Positions 18,471 through 26,880 of a stretch of DNA of 32,000 nt are shown here, in pieces. The DNA is taken from positions 224,119 to 256,118 of the forward strand of contig JAGGVO010000041.1 in assembly GCA_021157965.1 (NCBI GenBank), written 5' to 3'. The notes under the pieces are model-generated. The model was not told where the DNA came from, did no database searches, and was given only the letters and a program-made list of their open reading frames with translations. How positions within the stretch are numbered: the stretch's first letter is position 1; every line of letters begins with the position of its first letter. Position numbers and translations under genes: made by a program. The stretch is from Fidelibacterota bacterium. Lineage in GTDB: Bacteria > Fidelibacterota > Fidelibacteria > Fidelibacterales > Fidelibacteraceae.

Positions 18471-19398
18471 TCCTCAAAAACTTTCCAATCTGGACAGGGC
18501 CGCAATCATTTATAAAATATTGGGGGACAATTTATCCGTCTCCCTTTTCAGGCACCTTTCCCAGGCGCAGTTGACTAAATTGCGGCGCCATGCCGAAACG
18601 CTGACTAAAGTGCCTTTCGATCTGAAAAGAAAGGTTCTGGAAGAGTATTATTTTCAGCTTATGTCTGAAAAAATCCGGTCCGTCAGCGACGGGGACCAGA
18701 AAGTGCTTTTTGATTTCTTAAAACCTATGTCTTCTGATCAAATCAAATACCTGCTGGAGCCGGAAAGCGAACTGGTAAAAGCCCTTGTCCTGAGCCAGCT
18801 GAGCATTGAAGTACAGGTGGATGTCATAAAAAACATGGAAGAAGATGAACGGGCACGGGTTTTAATACAGATGAATGATATCGATAAAATCCCTTATGAA
18901 GGGATTATCAATATTGAGAACGATATTCGCGAAAAATCCCGGCTGGTTCCCCATAAAGCCCATTTTAACAAAGGAGGATCCAAACAGATTGCTGATATCC
19001 TGAGTAAGCTGGAGCCGGATTTTGAAGAACAGTTTGTAAGTCATGTACAAAATGAAGACCCGGAACTGGCCCGTGATCTGGCGAAATATTACATACCTTT
19101 TGACAGTTTCGACAAACTTCCGGTGGATGTGGTCAGGGAGGCGCTGAAAAGCGTGGAACTGAATGATCTGGCCCTGGCCCTGAAGGGAATGAGCGAAGAA
19201 TTTGTCACCTATATTCTGGGAAATCTGCCACAGAAAACCCAGATAATGCTGGAAGATGAAATAAAGGATGTGGAAGGTCCCCAGCCCCGGCGGAAAGTTG
19301 AAAGTGCACGGCGCAAACTGACCCAGGCCGTGAAACAACTTGCTGCCGAGGGTAAATTTGATATTGAGGATTTCCTCGATACGGATATGGTGGAATAA
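18463..19398 (+). CDS. FliG-like rotor protein (start at MSDPQKLSNLDRAAI)
   Basis: N-term LSNLDRAAIIYKILGDNLSVSLFRHLSQAQLTKL; C-term IADILSKLEPDFEEQFVSHVQNEDPELARDLAKYYIPFDSF...LNDLALALKGMSEEFVTYILGNLPQKTQIMLEDEIKD...ARRKLTQAVKQLAAEGKF; 8-nt overlap with FliF-like gene. Confidence 0.85.
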   Translation: MSDPQKLSNLDRAAIIYKILGDNLSVSLFRHLSQAQLTKLRRHAETLTKVPFDLKRKVLEEYYFQLMSEKIRSVSDGDQKVLFDFLKPMSSDQIKYLLEPESELVKALVLSQLSIEVQVDVIKNMEEDERARVLIQMNDIDKIPYEGIINIENDIREKSRLVPHKAHFNKGGSKQIADILSKLEPDFEEQFVSHVQNEDPELARDLAKYYIPFDSFDKLPVDVVREALKSVELNDLALALKGMSEEFVTYILGNLPQKTQIMLEDEIKDVEGPQPRRKVESARRKLTQAVKQLAAEGKFDIEDFLDTDMVE

Positions 19399-19427
19399 AA
19401 GCCGGAGATCTGATAAAAAGATATCTT

Positions 19428-19462
19428 ATGCCGGACGGGGTGTTTCCTGTCCGGCATTTTTT
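19428..19462 (+). terminator. strong rho-independent terminator after FliG-like gene
   Basis: ATGCCGGAC (19428-36) / GTCCGGCAT (19449-57), extended inward by further G-C/G-T pairs, followed by TTTTT. Confidence 0.88.
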
Positions 19463-19488
19463 CGCATTCAGGTAAAGAGGAGATAACA

Positions 19489-19926
19489 ATGTCCCGCTTT
19501 GAAGAAATTATCGAATTTGCCATTGATCAGGAAATAAAAGCTGCCCGCCGTTATGAACGTCTTGCCGACCTCGTGGAGAATCCCCGTGCCCGCGAAATGC
19601 TCCTCCGGATAAAAACCATGGAAGAAGAACACCGGAAAAAACTGGAAAATCTGGATATCAGTGAGTTTCTGAATTATACAGACAAACCGATCCCGGATCT
19701 CCATCTGAGTGATGAAAAGGATATTCAATCTAAATTAAAGGATTTGACGCCGGAAGATATCTTGGTTATGGCAGATGATTTTGAAAATGATGCCCGTGAA
19801 CTTTATCTGACACTGGCAGACCGGGTACCTGTAGGATCGGCAACCCGGGATCTTTTTCTGAAACTTGCCGAAGAAGAGGCCCGGCATAAATACGACATTG
19901 AATCACAATTAAAATCCGGAATTTAA
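19489..19926 (+). CDS. ferritin-like/rubrerythrin-type diiron domain protein
   Basis: IEFAIDQEIKAARRYERLAD, MEEEHRKKLE, DDFENDARELYLTLAD, LAEEEARHKYDIE (E/ExxH pattern). Confidence 0.8.
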   Translation: MSRFEEIIEFAIDQEIKAARRYERLADLVENPRAREMLLRIKTMEEEHRKKLENLDISEFLNYTDKPIPDLHLSDEKDIQSKLKDLTPEDILVMADDFENDARELYLTLADRVPVGSATRDLFLKLAEEEARHKYDIESQLKSGI

Positions 19927-19932
19927 CCTGTT

Positions 19933-20757
19933 ATGAAATCGATTCGTCGCTTTTTCAGAATTATTAGTATCCTCCTTTTGTTTCTTATCTTGATAATCCT
20001 TTTAGGAGTGCTAAAAGGGGTGATCATGCTTTTCAGCAGGACAAAAGGAGATCAGATGGTTTTTTATGTTATCAAGCCCTTTTGTACTCTGCTCCGCCTG
20101 ATATGCGGAGTCCGAATTCACGTGGAAGGAAGGGAAAACATTCCCTCCAAAAACGGGTATCTGGTTGTCGGAAACCATTACAGTTATGTGGAAGTAGTCA
20201 GTACCATGTCTGTCGTTTCGGCCGTTCCCGTTTCTAAATCGGAAATCCGCAACTGGCCCATTTTCGGTCATGCCGCCCGGCTTGGAGGAACCGTTTTTGT
20301 GGATCGGGAAAAAGGGGGATTGTCCGGGGCATATATTGAAGTCCTCATGAATACATTGCGAAAGGGCATCAATATTATCTTTTTTCCGGAGGGAACGACC
20401 ACCGACGGCACTTACCTGAAACGTTTCAAATCCGCTCTCTTTGTCCCCGCCAACCGGCTTAAGGTCCCTGTGCTGCCCATTGTAAGCACTGTTACGGCCA
20501 TCGATGGAAAACCGGTTCCTTCTGATCAGCGGGATTTGATTGCATGGTATGGCGGTGCTCCATTTGTCCCTCATGCCATGCGCCTGCTTGCTTTCCGCCG
20601 GATTGACCTGAAGTTTAAAATTGGCGAACCGATTATTCCCGATTATGACGATTCTTCAATTGATGAAAGACGGGAATTTGCCAGGCTCGTCCAAAACCGG
20701 ATGGATGCAGCACTATGGGAAATTGCCCCCGATTATCAGGGGATCCGGGACGAGTAA
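19933..20757 (+). CDS. PlsC-family 1-acyl-glycerol-3-phosphate acyltransferase
   Basis: GNHYSYVEVV (motif I variant HX4E), GGTVFVDREKGG, FFPEGTTTDGTYLKRFKSALF, PVLPIV. Confidence 0.85.
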   Translation: MKSIRRFFRIISILLLFLILIILLGVLKGVIMLFSRTKGDQMVFYVIKPFCTLLRLICGVRIHVEGRENIPSKNGYLVVGNHYSYVEVVSTMSVVSAVPVSKSEIRNWPIFGHAARLGGTVFVDREKGGLSGAYIEVLMNTLRKGINIIFFPEGTTTDGTYLKRFKSALFVPANRLKVPVLPIVSTVTAIDGKPVPSDQRDLIAWYGGAPFVPHAMRLLAFRRIDLKFKIGEPIIPDYDDSSIDERREFARLVQNRMDAALWEIAPDYQGIRDE

Positions 20758-20819
20758 ACAGTCGATTTAAGAATAAAAAGTTATTACATTTCTTTAACAA
20801 CAAAAATACAGGACCCTCC

Positions 20820-21317
20820 ATGAATCTCGTGCTTATGCGCCATGGTCTGGCCGAACCCCGGGAGAGGCACCATGACAGCGATTCAGACAGGAATTTAACG
20901 AATGAAGGACGCCTGAAACTCATGCAGTTTATCCCCCTGATCCATCCGTGGTTTCCCAAACCGGACAGACTTTTAACCAGCCCGGCCATCCGGACACAGC
21001 AGACGGCAGAAATTCTGTGTGATATATTGCATGTAAACAGGGATGAAATTCAGGTTGATCCTTTGATCCTGAATGGTTCTGCAGGGGAAATTGTTTCACA
21101 GCTGGTGGAGATGGATCTGCCCTCCTGTTTATGGATTGTCGGGCACCAACCTACCTTGGGACAGCTCCTGAGCGTTCTGATAGGACTGGATGTTTTCCGG
21201 GGTTTTCATATGAGTCCAGGCGATTGTGCCCTCGTGTCTTTTCAGGATAAACCGGATATCAATGAAGGACGTTTGCTCAGTTATGCTTCCCCCAGGTTGA
21301 TAGACAGGTCGATGTAG
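20820..21317 (+). CDS. sixA: SixA-like phosphohistidine phosphatase
   Basis: LVLMRHGLAEPRE, SDRNLTNEGR, LLTSPAIRTQQTAEI, IVGHQPTLGQLLSVL. Confidence 0.87.
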   Translation: MNLVLMRHGLAEPRERHHDSDSDRNLTNEGRLKLMQFIPLIHPWFPKPDRLLTSPAIRTQQTAEILCDILHVNRDEIQVDPLILNGSAGEIVSQLVEMDLPSCLWIVGHQPTLGQLLSVLIGLDVFRGFHMSPGDCALVSFQDKPDINEGRLLSYASPRLIDRSM

Positions 21318-21329
21318 CAGGAAGGTAAA

Positions 21330-22298
21330 ATGATTCACTGGCTAAAAGTTTTTTTTTCCAAATCGCTGAATACGGCCTATGACTGCGTAGATGCCATCGG
21401 TCGGGGGGAAACGGGTGTGCACCTGACGGAAACTCTGACAGAATCCATCCGGAGGAGCATGGTATCCGCCCACCTTTTAGGTGTAGCCACCGGTCATGAG
21501 AATTTTTTCCGGGAAATTGGGATTTTGCAGAGGATTCTGAATATTTGTCAGGTATATATCCTCCATCAGGGCCGGATCCTCTATTTTGAAGCGTCTGCCT
21601 ATCAGAACCGAAAGGGAGCCCTCCGGGGTGCTCTTTATGTGGAAACACTTCAACGGAAGGATTTTGAAAGCCGGCGAAAAAAACTCCCCTTCCAACTGGA
21701 AAAAAGTTTCCATCCCGAACGGAAAGCAGAATTTTTACACAAGATCGAGCGGCTTCCGGAAAGCATCACAAATCCGGATAAATTGCACAAAGTTACCCTG
21801 GACTACCTGATCCCCCTTGTGTTGATCAAAACGGTGGATTTTGGCAAACTGACCATGAAACTACCCGGCGAACTGCTCCCGGATTTTGAAGGACTTCATG
21901 CCTTTTTGCTGGCGATGGGACAGGGAGATGTTTTCTGGAAAAAAGATGTGGAAATTATTCACAAAATCATCAAAGGAATCCGGACGGTTCTTTACCTCGA
22001 TGAAAATTTCAGTACCGTGAAAAAAGTTTTGCTGGAAGAGCGCGAAAAAACCATTCAGCTGCTGAAAGGGAATATATTCGACCAGTATAAAATGCTGAAC
22101 AAATGGGATGAGGTATTGCGCATGCTGGCAACCCGGAATGATAAAGGATTGATTAAATTTCTCACCCAGCTTGTTCGGGACCGGAAGGAAGCCGTTGATG
22201 AGCTGCGTAGTTTGCAGAAAACCTGTGAAGAGAAGGAGCTTTGGAAGAATTATTATAAAAAAATTGAAAACTTGTTCGTAACATCCGATGCAGTTTGA
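21330..22298 (+). CDS. hypothetical protein, no family recognised (322 aa)
   Basis: Long ORF in operon-like context; helical, charged C-terminus. Confidence 0.65.
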   Translation: MIHWLKVFFSKSLNTAYDCVDAIGRGETGVHLTETLTESIRRSMVSAHLLGVATGHENFFREIGILQRILNICQVYILHQGRILYFEASAYQNRKGALRGALYVETLQRKDFESRRKKLPFQLEKSFHPERKAEFLHKIERLPESITNPDKLHKVTLDYLIPLVLIKTVDFGKLTMKLPGELLPDFEGLHAFLLAMGQGDVFWKKDVEIIHKIIKGIRTVLYLDENFSTVKKVLLEEREKTIQLLKGNIFDQYKMLNKWDEVLRMLATRNDKGLIKFLTQLVRDRKEAVDELRSLQKTCEEKELWKNYYKKIENLFVTSDAV

Positions 22299-22316
22299 TA
22301 ACTAAAAGGGAAAACT

Positions 22317-23072
22317 ATGAAGTATTGCGTAAAAATATCCCTCCTGTTTTTGCTTTTGGTCGGCTCACTGGCGGCACAGTTCGTCCCGGCACCGGTTCAG
22401 TTAATTAATACCCCGACTGTCGCAACCCTGGCACGGGGATCTTACCTGACTGATTTACGTTTTACCACCAATGGCGGGGTGCTGATCGGGGCAACAGTAG
22501 GTCTGACAGATCGTTTTTCCATGGGTATATCCTATGGAGGATCCAACATTATCGGCAATGAAAATATCACCTGGAATCCCCAGCCCGGTGTGAGTGTCAA
22601 ATATCGACTTATTGATGAAGGAATGAAAAAACCGGGTGTCTCTATGGGATTTTCCTCTCAGGGCTATGGGGCTTATACCGACGGGAATTATGAAATTCCT
22701 TCCTCCGGCTTTTATTCTGTCCTCAGCAAAAACTGGCATTTTATCGGCAATACAAGCCTTCATGCAGGGGCTAATTATTCCCTGGAACAGCCAGACAGCA
22801 CCTATATCCCCTCTTTCTTTGCCGGGGCTGCCATTGAACTAAATCCTCAATTCTCTATTATGATCGAATATGATGCCGCCCTGAATTATGAAAAATTTTC
22901 AGATTTAAAAAAATTCAAAATTTCCGGCGGGTACGGTTTTCTGAATGCCGGTGTCCGCGTTGGCATTACGGAAAATCTCTACCTGGAAGTGGATCTGAAC
23001 AATCTTATCTGGGGCGAAAATGTGGAATCCTTTAACCGTGAAATTAAATTGATGTATTTTGATATCTTCTGA
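22317..23072 (+). CDS. outer-membrane beta-barrel-like hypothetical protein
   Basis: Signal peptide LLFLLLVGSLAAQ; repeated amphipathic Gly/aromatic strands (LIGATVGLTDRFSMGISYGG..., VSMGFSSQGYGAY); upstream ORF overlap with HD-GYP gene. Confidence 0.6.
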   Translation: MKYCVKISLLFLLLVGSLAAQFVPAPVQLINTPTVATLARGSYLTDLRFTTNGGVLIGATVGLTDRFSMGISYGGSNIIGNENITWNPQPGVSVKYRLIDEGMKKPGVSMGFSSQGYGAYTDGNYEIPSSGFYSVLSKNWHFIGNTSLHAGANYSLEQPDSTYIPSFFAGAAIELNPQFSIMIEYDAALNYEKFSDLKKFKISGGYGFLNAGVRVGITENLYLEVDLNNLIWGENVESFNREIKLMYFDIF

Positions 23073-23073
23073 C

Positions 23074-24726
23074 ATGAAATCCTTTCAGCTTTCTTCCGAG
23101 ATTCTTGCTTCCAAATCCAAAGATGAACTGATAGATATTATCAGAATCATTCAGGACCGGGTCAATGTTTTTGTCTCGGTAGGGACATCCCTCAGTACGG
23201 AAAAAAACCAGGATGTCCTCCTGGAAAATATTGTAACCTATGCGAAAAAATTAACCGGTGCCGATGCCGCAACGCTTTATATGATGTCGGAAGATGAAAA
23301 AAAACTCAGGTTTAGCATTGTCCATACAGATTCCATGAATATCCGGATGGGGGGGACATCGGGAAATCCCATCGATTGGTATCCGGTGAAATTGTATAAT
23401 GAGGATGGATCGCCCTATCTGGAGATGGTTGCGGCGTATGTTGCATTGAAGAAGGAAACCCTGAACTTTGAAGATGTGTACGATGTAAAAGATTTTAATT
23501 TTACCGGTACACGGCAGTTTGACCGAAAAACCGGTTACCGGACTCAGTCCATGCTGGCTCTGCCAATGCTGAACCATGTAAATGAAGTGATTGGTGTACT
23601 CCAATTAATCAATGCAAAAGACGAATCGGGGAACACCATTGCCTTCTGTCCTGAATTCCAGGCGCTGACGGAAGCTCTGGCCAGTCAGGCCGCCGTGGCC
23701 ATTACGGAAAACCGTCTTATCAATGGACTTGAAGAATTATTGAATTCCATCATCCGTGTAATTGCTTCGGCGATTGATGAAAAATCCAAATATACAAGTG
23801 GTCACATTGAACGGGTGGCGAAACTGGCAGTGTATCTGGCACAACAGATTTCTGAAAGCCGGGACGGTGTTTACAAAGATGTCCGCTACAGTGACGAGAA
23901 AATTGAGGAGATCCGTTTTGCCGGCCTTCTTCACGATATCGGTAAGATTACCACACCGGAATACGTGGTGGATAAATCCACAAAACTGGAAACCATTTAT
24001 GACAGGATCCGGACGATTTTTCTCCGTTTTGAATTGCTGAAAAAAGATCGTGAAATAGAGATGTGGAAGGCTTTAGCAGGAACGCCGCAAGATGATTCTT
24101 CCAGAGCTGAACGGGAAAATCTGATGAAAGAGCTGGAAGAAGAAATCCGGAAAATCAGTGAGGATTATGCCTTTATTCAGCGGATGAATACAGGGGGTGA
24201 GTTTCTCAAACCCGAATACAAGAACCGGATTTGCGATATTGCACGGTATACTGTTACGATAGATGGAAAAAGTACGCCTATCTTAACGGATGATGAGATT
24301 CTTAATCTGCATATTTCCAAAGGTACACTGACCGAGGAAGAACGGCAAATCATTAATAATCATGCGGTTGTCACTGATAAAATGCTCTCACAGCTTCCAT
24401 TTCCCAAGAAATTGAAAAATGTTCCCGAGTATGCTGCCAACCACCATGAACGCATGGACGGTTCGGGATATCCCAAGGGACTTAAAGCGGAAGATTTGGA
24501 ATTGCCGGCGCGTATCATGGCCATGGCCGATATTTTTGAAGCCTTAACAGCGCCGGACAGACCCTACAAAAAAGGGAAAACACTTTCTGAAGCCATGAAA
24601 ATCATGGAATTTATGGTGAAGGATTATCATATCGATCCGGATCTGTTTGCCTTTTTCAAGGAAGCTAAAGTATACCGCTGGTATGCAGAAAAATTCATGA
24701 ATCCCGAACAAATTGATATGGATTAG
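23074..24726 (+). CDS. GAF + HD-GYP domain protein (putative c-di-GMP phosphodiesterase) with insertion inside the HD-GYP domain
   Basis: GAF-like TLYMMSEDEKKLRF...SMLALPMLNHVNEVIGVLQLIN; LLHDIGKITTPEYVV; TLTEEERQIINNHAVVTDKML; ANHHERMDGSGYPKGLK. Confidence 0.9.
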   Translation: MKSFQLSSEILASKSKDELIDIIRIIQDRVNVFVSVGTSLSTEKNQDVLLENIVTYAKKLTGADAATLYMMSEDEKKLRFSIVHTDSMNIRMGGTSGNPIDWYPVKLYNEDGSPYLEMVAAYVALKKETLNFEDVYDVKDFNFTGTRQFDRKTGYRTQSMLALPMLNHVNEVIGVLQLINAKDESGNTIAFCPEFQALTEALASQAAVAITENRLINGLEELLNSIIRVIASAIDEKSKYTSGHIERVAKLAVYLAQQISESRDGVYKDVRYSDEKIEEIRFAGLLHDIGKITTPEYVVDKSTKLETIYDRIRTIFLRFELLKKDREIEMWKALAGTPQDDSSRAERENLMKELEEEIRKISEDYAFIQRMNTGGEFLKPEYKNRICDIARYTVTIDGKSTPILTDDEILNLHISKGTLTEEERQIINNHAVVTDKMLSQLPFPKKLKNVPEYAANHHERMDGSGYPKGLKAEDLELPARIMAMADIFEALTAPDRPYKKGKTLSEAMKIMEFMVKDYHIDPDLFAFFKEAKVYRWYAEKFMNPEQIDMD

Positions 24727-24855
24727 ACATCTCTCCCGGTGTAGACCGATGGATGATGCCGTGATGAATGGCGACAGGGTAAGCCTGCACAAGCCGGATT
24801 TCCCGTGACGCCTGAACAGCAACTTTTACACTCGCTTATCGGAAATCTTTGAATT

Positions 24856-26022
24856 ATGAGTTATACACGTATTCTCATTCCGGATGCATATCACACCTAT
24901 CTTGGCATCCCCTATGATGAAGAAATTGTTCCCTTCCCCAATTTTGGTACGGTTCTGATTCAACACCGGCGCTATCTGCCGGATAAACCGGCATTCATCT
25001 GGGAAAATGTCCCGCCTGTTACATTTAAAGAATGGAGTTCCGGCGTCAGACTTCTGTCTGGCGCTCTAAAACAAGCTGGGCTGGATTTTTCCTCGCGTGT
25101 ACGCCTGAACCTGGACCTGGGTCCCCGAACCCTCTTCCTCTTTCATGCCCTGCTGGACGGGGGCATTCCGGCAATTTTAACAACCGATCCGGATACCGGT
25201 TTCACATTTCCCCTGCCGGGTGATGTGATCATGCCGGGAGAATTTATCCTGAAGGGTCCCGGGGATATATCCGGTTCGATTCATTCCGTCGTTGACACCT
25301 TGCTTCATACCCGTCCTGAAGCTCCGGATCCCTTTGAAGTTCCCTATATCTCCCTGGACCATTCCGCACTCTTCTGTTTTGATGAAGAGATGTGGTATGA
25401 GTTCACTCAGTATAATCTCCTTTCTGCGGCTCAATCCGTGGGGAAAGAACTCTCCCTGTTCCGGGACGGGGAAACTCTTTTTGCCAAATCCGCCGCAGAT
25501 TTGGCAGATTGGCTTTTCGCTGCCCTTGCATCCTTTTATTACGGATCGACGACGCGCTTTGAAACGGATATGGACGCACAAAAGGCGGAAAATATCCTCA
25601 AAGAGAGAAAAACACAGGTTCTGATTCCTGATATTTCCCGGACCGGTATATTCTCACCGGACCTGACAACCGGAGAAGTTCTCCGGGATGCTGCGATCCT
25701 CTGCAGAGATCCACGGATCGGGAAAATTCCGGAAACCCTTTCTTTTCCCTGGCGCTGTTTCTGGACAGCTCCGGTCTTTGCCGGCAATGGGGTTTTTGTA
25801 TCCGAAAAAAAAGGGACTTGTTGCAAAGGACTGGATTTCATCGTATCCGGGTCACCAGACAGAGGACGATTGATGGTGCTGGGGCATTCCGTTCCCCATG
25901 CTGTCTGGCTGGAAGAACCGGAGCATTGGGAATCCCAATTCAAAAAACACCTGGAGCTCCCCTTTTATGTCCGCTGTGAAGACCCGCAGCGCAGGACTTT
26001 CATTGTCCTTGATGATCAATGA
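24856..26022 (+). CDS. ANL-superfamily (AMP-binding)-like protein lacking the phosphate-binding loop; probable pseudoenzyme
   Basis: RRYLPDKPAFIWENVPPVTFKEWSSGVRLLSGALKQAG resembles the N-terminal acyl-adenylating fold; NLLSAAQSVGKELSLF resembles the region after the P-loop; no TSGTTGxPKG present. Confidence 0.5.
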   Translation: MSYTRILIPDAYHTYLGIPYDEEIVPFPNFGTVLIQHRRYLPDKPAFIWENVPPVTFKEWSSGVRLLSGALKQAGLDFSSRVRLNLDLGPRTLFLFHALLDGGIPAILTTDPDTGFTFPLPGDVIMPGEFILKGPGDISGSIHSVVDTLLHTRPEAPDPFEVPYISLDHSALFCFDEEMWYEFTQYNLLSAAQSVGKELSLFRDGETLFAKSAADLADWLFAALASFYYGSTTRFETDMDAQKAENILKERKTQVLIPDISRTGIFSPDLTTGEVLRDAAILCRDPRIGKIPETLSFPWRCFWTAPVFAGNGVFVSEKKGTCCKGLDFIVSGSPDRGRLMVLGHSVPHAVWLEEPEHWESQFKKHLELPFYVRCEDPQRRTFIVLDDQ

Positions 26023-26061
26023 AATAAAAGGTATTTTACTTGAAAAATAGCAGGATTAGTC

Positions 26062-26880
26062 ATGGATATTGCAACACTTTTCGGCTTACTTATCGGACTT
26101 GGACTCATTGCCTTTGGCATGATGGATGAATCATTCAGCATTCCTCACACCTTTCTGAACTGGAATGCCATGGCGGTTGTGCTGGGAGGGACCCTGGCCG
26201 CCACAATGATCAATTATCCCTTCAAACAATTTCTCGGCCTTTTGAAAGTGACGGGAAAAGCTTTTGCCAGACATCACCAGGAAAGTCTGAAAACCATTCA
26301 TCAGCTTGTGGGTTACAGCAAGCTGATTCGTGCAAAGGGCCTGCTTTCCCTGGAAGACCAACTGCCGGAGATGAAGAACCGTTTCATGCAAACGGGTATT
26401 GAAATGGCACTTATCGAAAAAGACAGCAAAAAACTTGAGCGATTTTTAAGAAGTGAACTGACCAATATGGTTATTCGCCACAAGAACGGCCAGGAGATGT
26501 TTTATAATATGGGATCCTATGCTCCGGCATTCGGGCTCTTGGGGACCGTGATGGGTCTTATTCTGATGATGACCCAGCAGAGTCAGGTCACCGGAGTGAT
26601 GACTTTTGCCCAGGACACCCAAGTGATGATGACATCCCTGCTAAGTGGCATGGGAAGAGCCCTGGTAACCACATTTTACGGAGTTCTCCTTGCAAACCTT
26701 ATTTTTATCCCTATTGGTGGAAAACTGAAAACCCGGTCCGATGAAGAAATCTTCATTAACGAAATCATCCTGACAGGCATATTAAGTCTTCACGCCCGGG
26801 AACATCCCCTGATTATGGAAGAAAAACTTCTGACCTTTATTCCCAAAGCTGAAAAAGATTTTCTGAAACACCATGACTGA
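26062..26880 (+). CDS. MotA/PomA family stator protein (second copy)
   Basis: IATLFGLLIGLGLIAFGM; AVVLGGTLAATMINYPFKQ; YAPAFGLLGTVMGLILMM; GMGRALVTTFYGVLLANLIFIPIGGK. Confidence 0.9.
   Translation: MDIATLFGLLIGLGLIAFGMMDESFSIPHTFLNWNAMAVVLGGTLAATMINYPFKQFLGLLKVTGKAFARHHQESLKTIHQLVGYSKLIRAKGLLSLEDQLPEMKNRFMQTGIEMALIEKDSKKLERFLRSELTNMVIRHKNGQEMFYNMGSYAPAFGLLGTVMGLILMMTQQSQVTGVMTFAQDTQVMMTSLLSGMGRALVTTFYGVLLANLIFIPIGGKLKTRSDEEIFINEIILTGILSLHAREHPLIMEEKLLTFIPKAEKDFLKHHD

Noticed and set aside
15448-19398. Ordinary flagellar operon
   Set aside because: No export gate, ATPase, C-ring FliM/N, rod, hook or filament genes nearby; the FliF-like gene lacks RBM1/2 and the FliG-like protein lacks EHPQR.
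20011-20574. 187-aa minus-strand ORF
   Set aside because: Antisense to the PlsC-family gene, no family motifs.
24727-24855. Short peptides in the gap before the ANL-like gene (e.g. VTPEQQLLHSLIGNL from GTG 24805)
   Set aside because: Too short and unsupported by an RBS or homology; likely chance.
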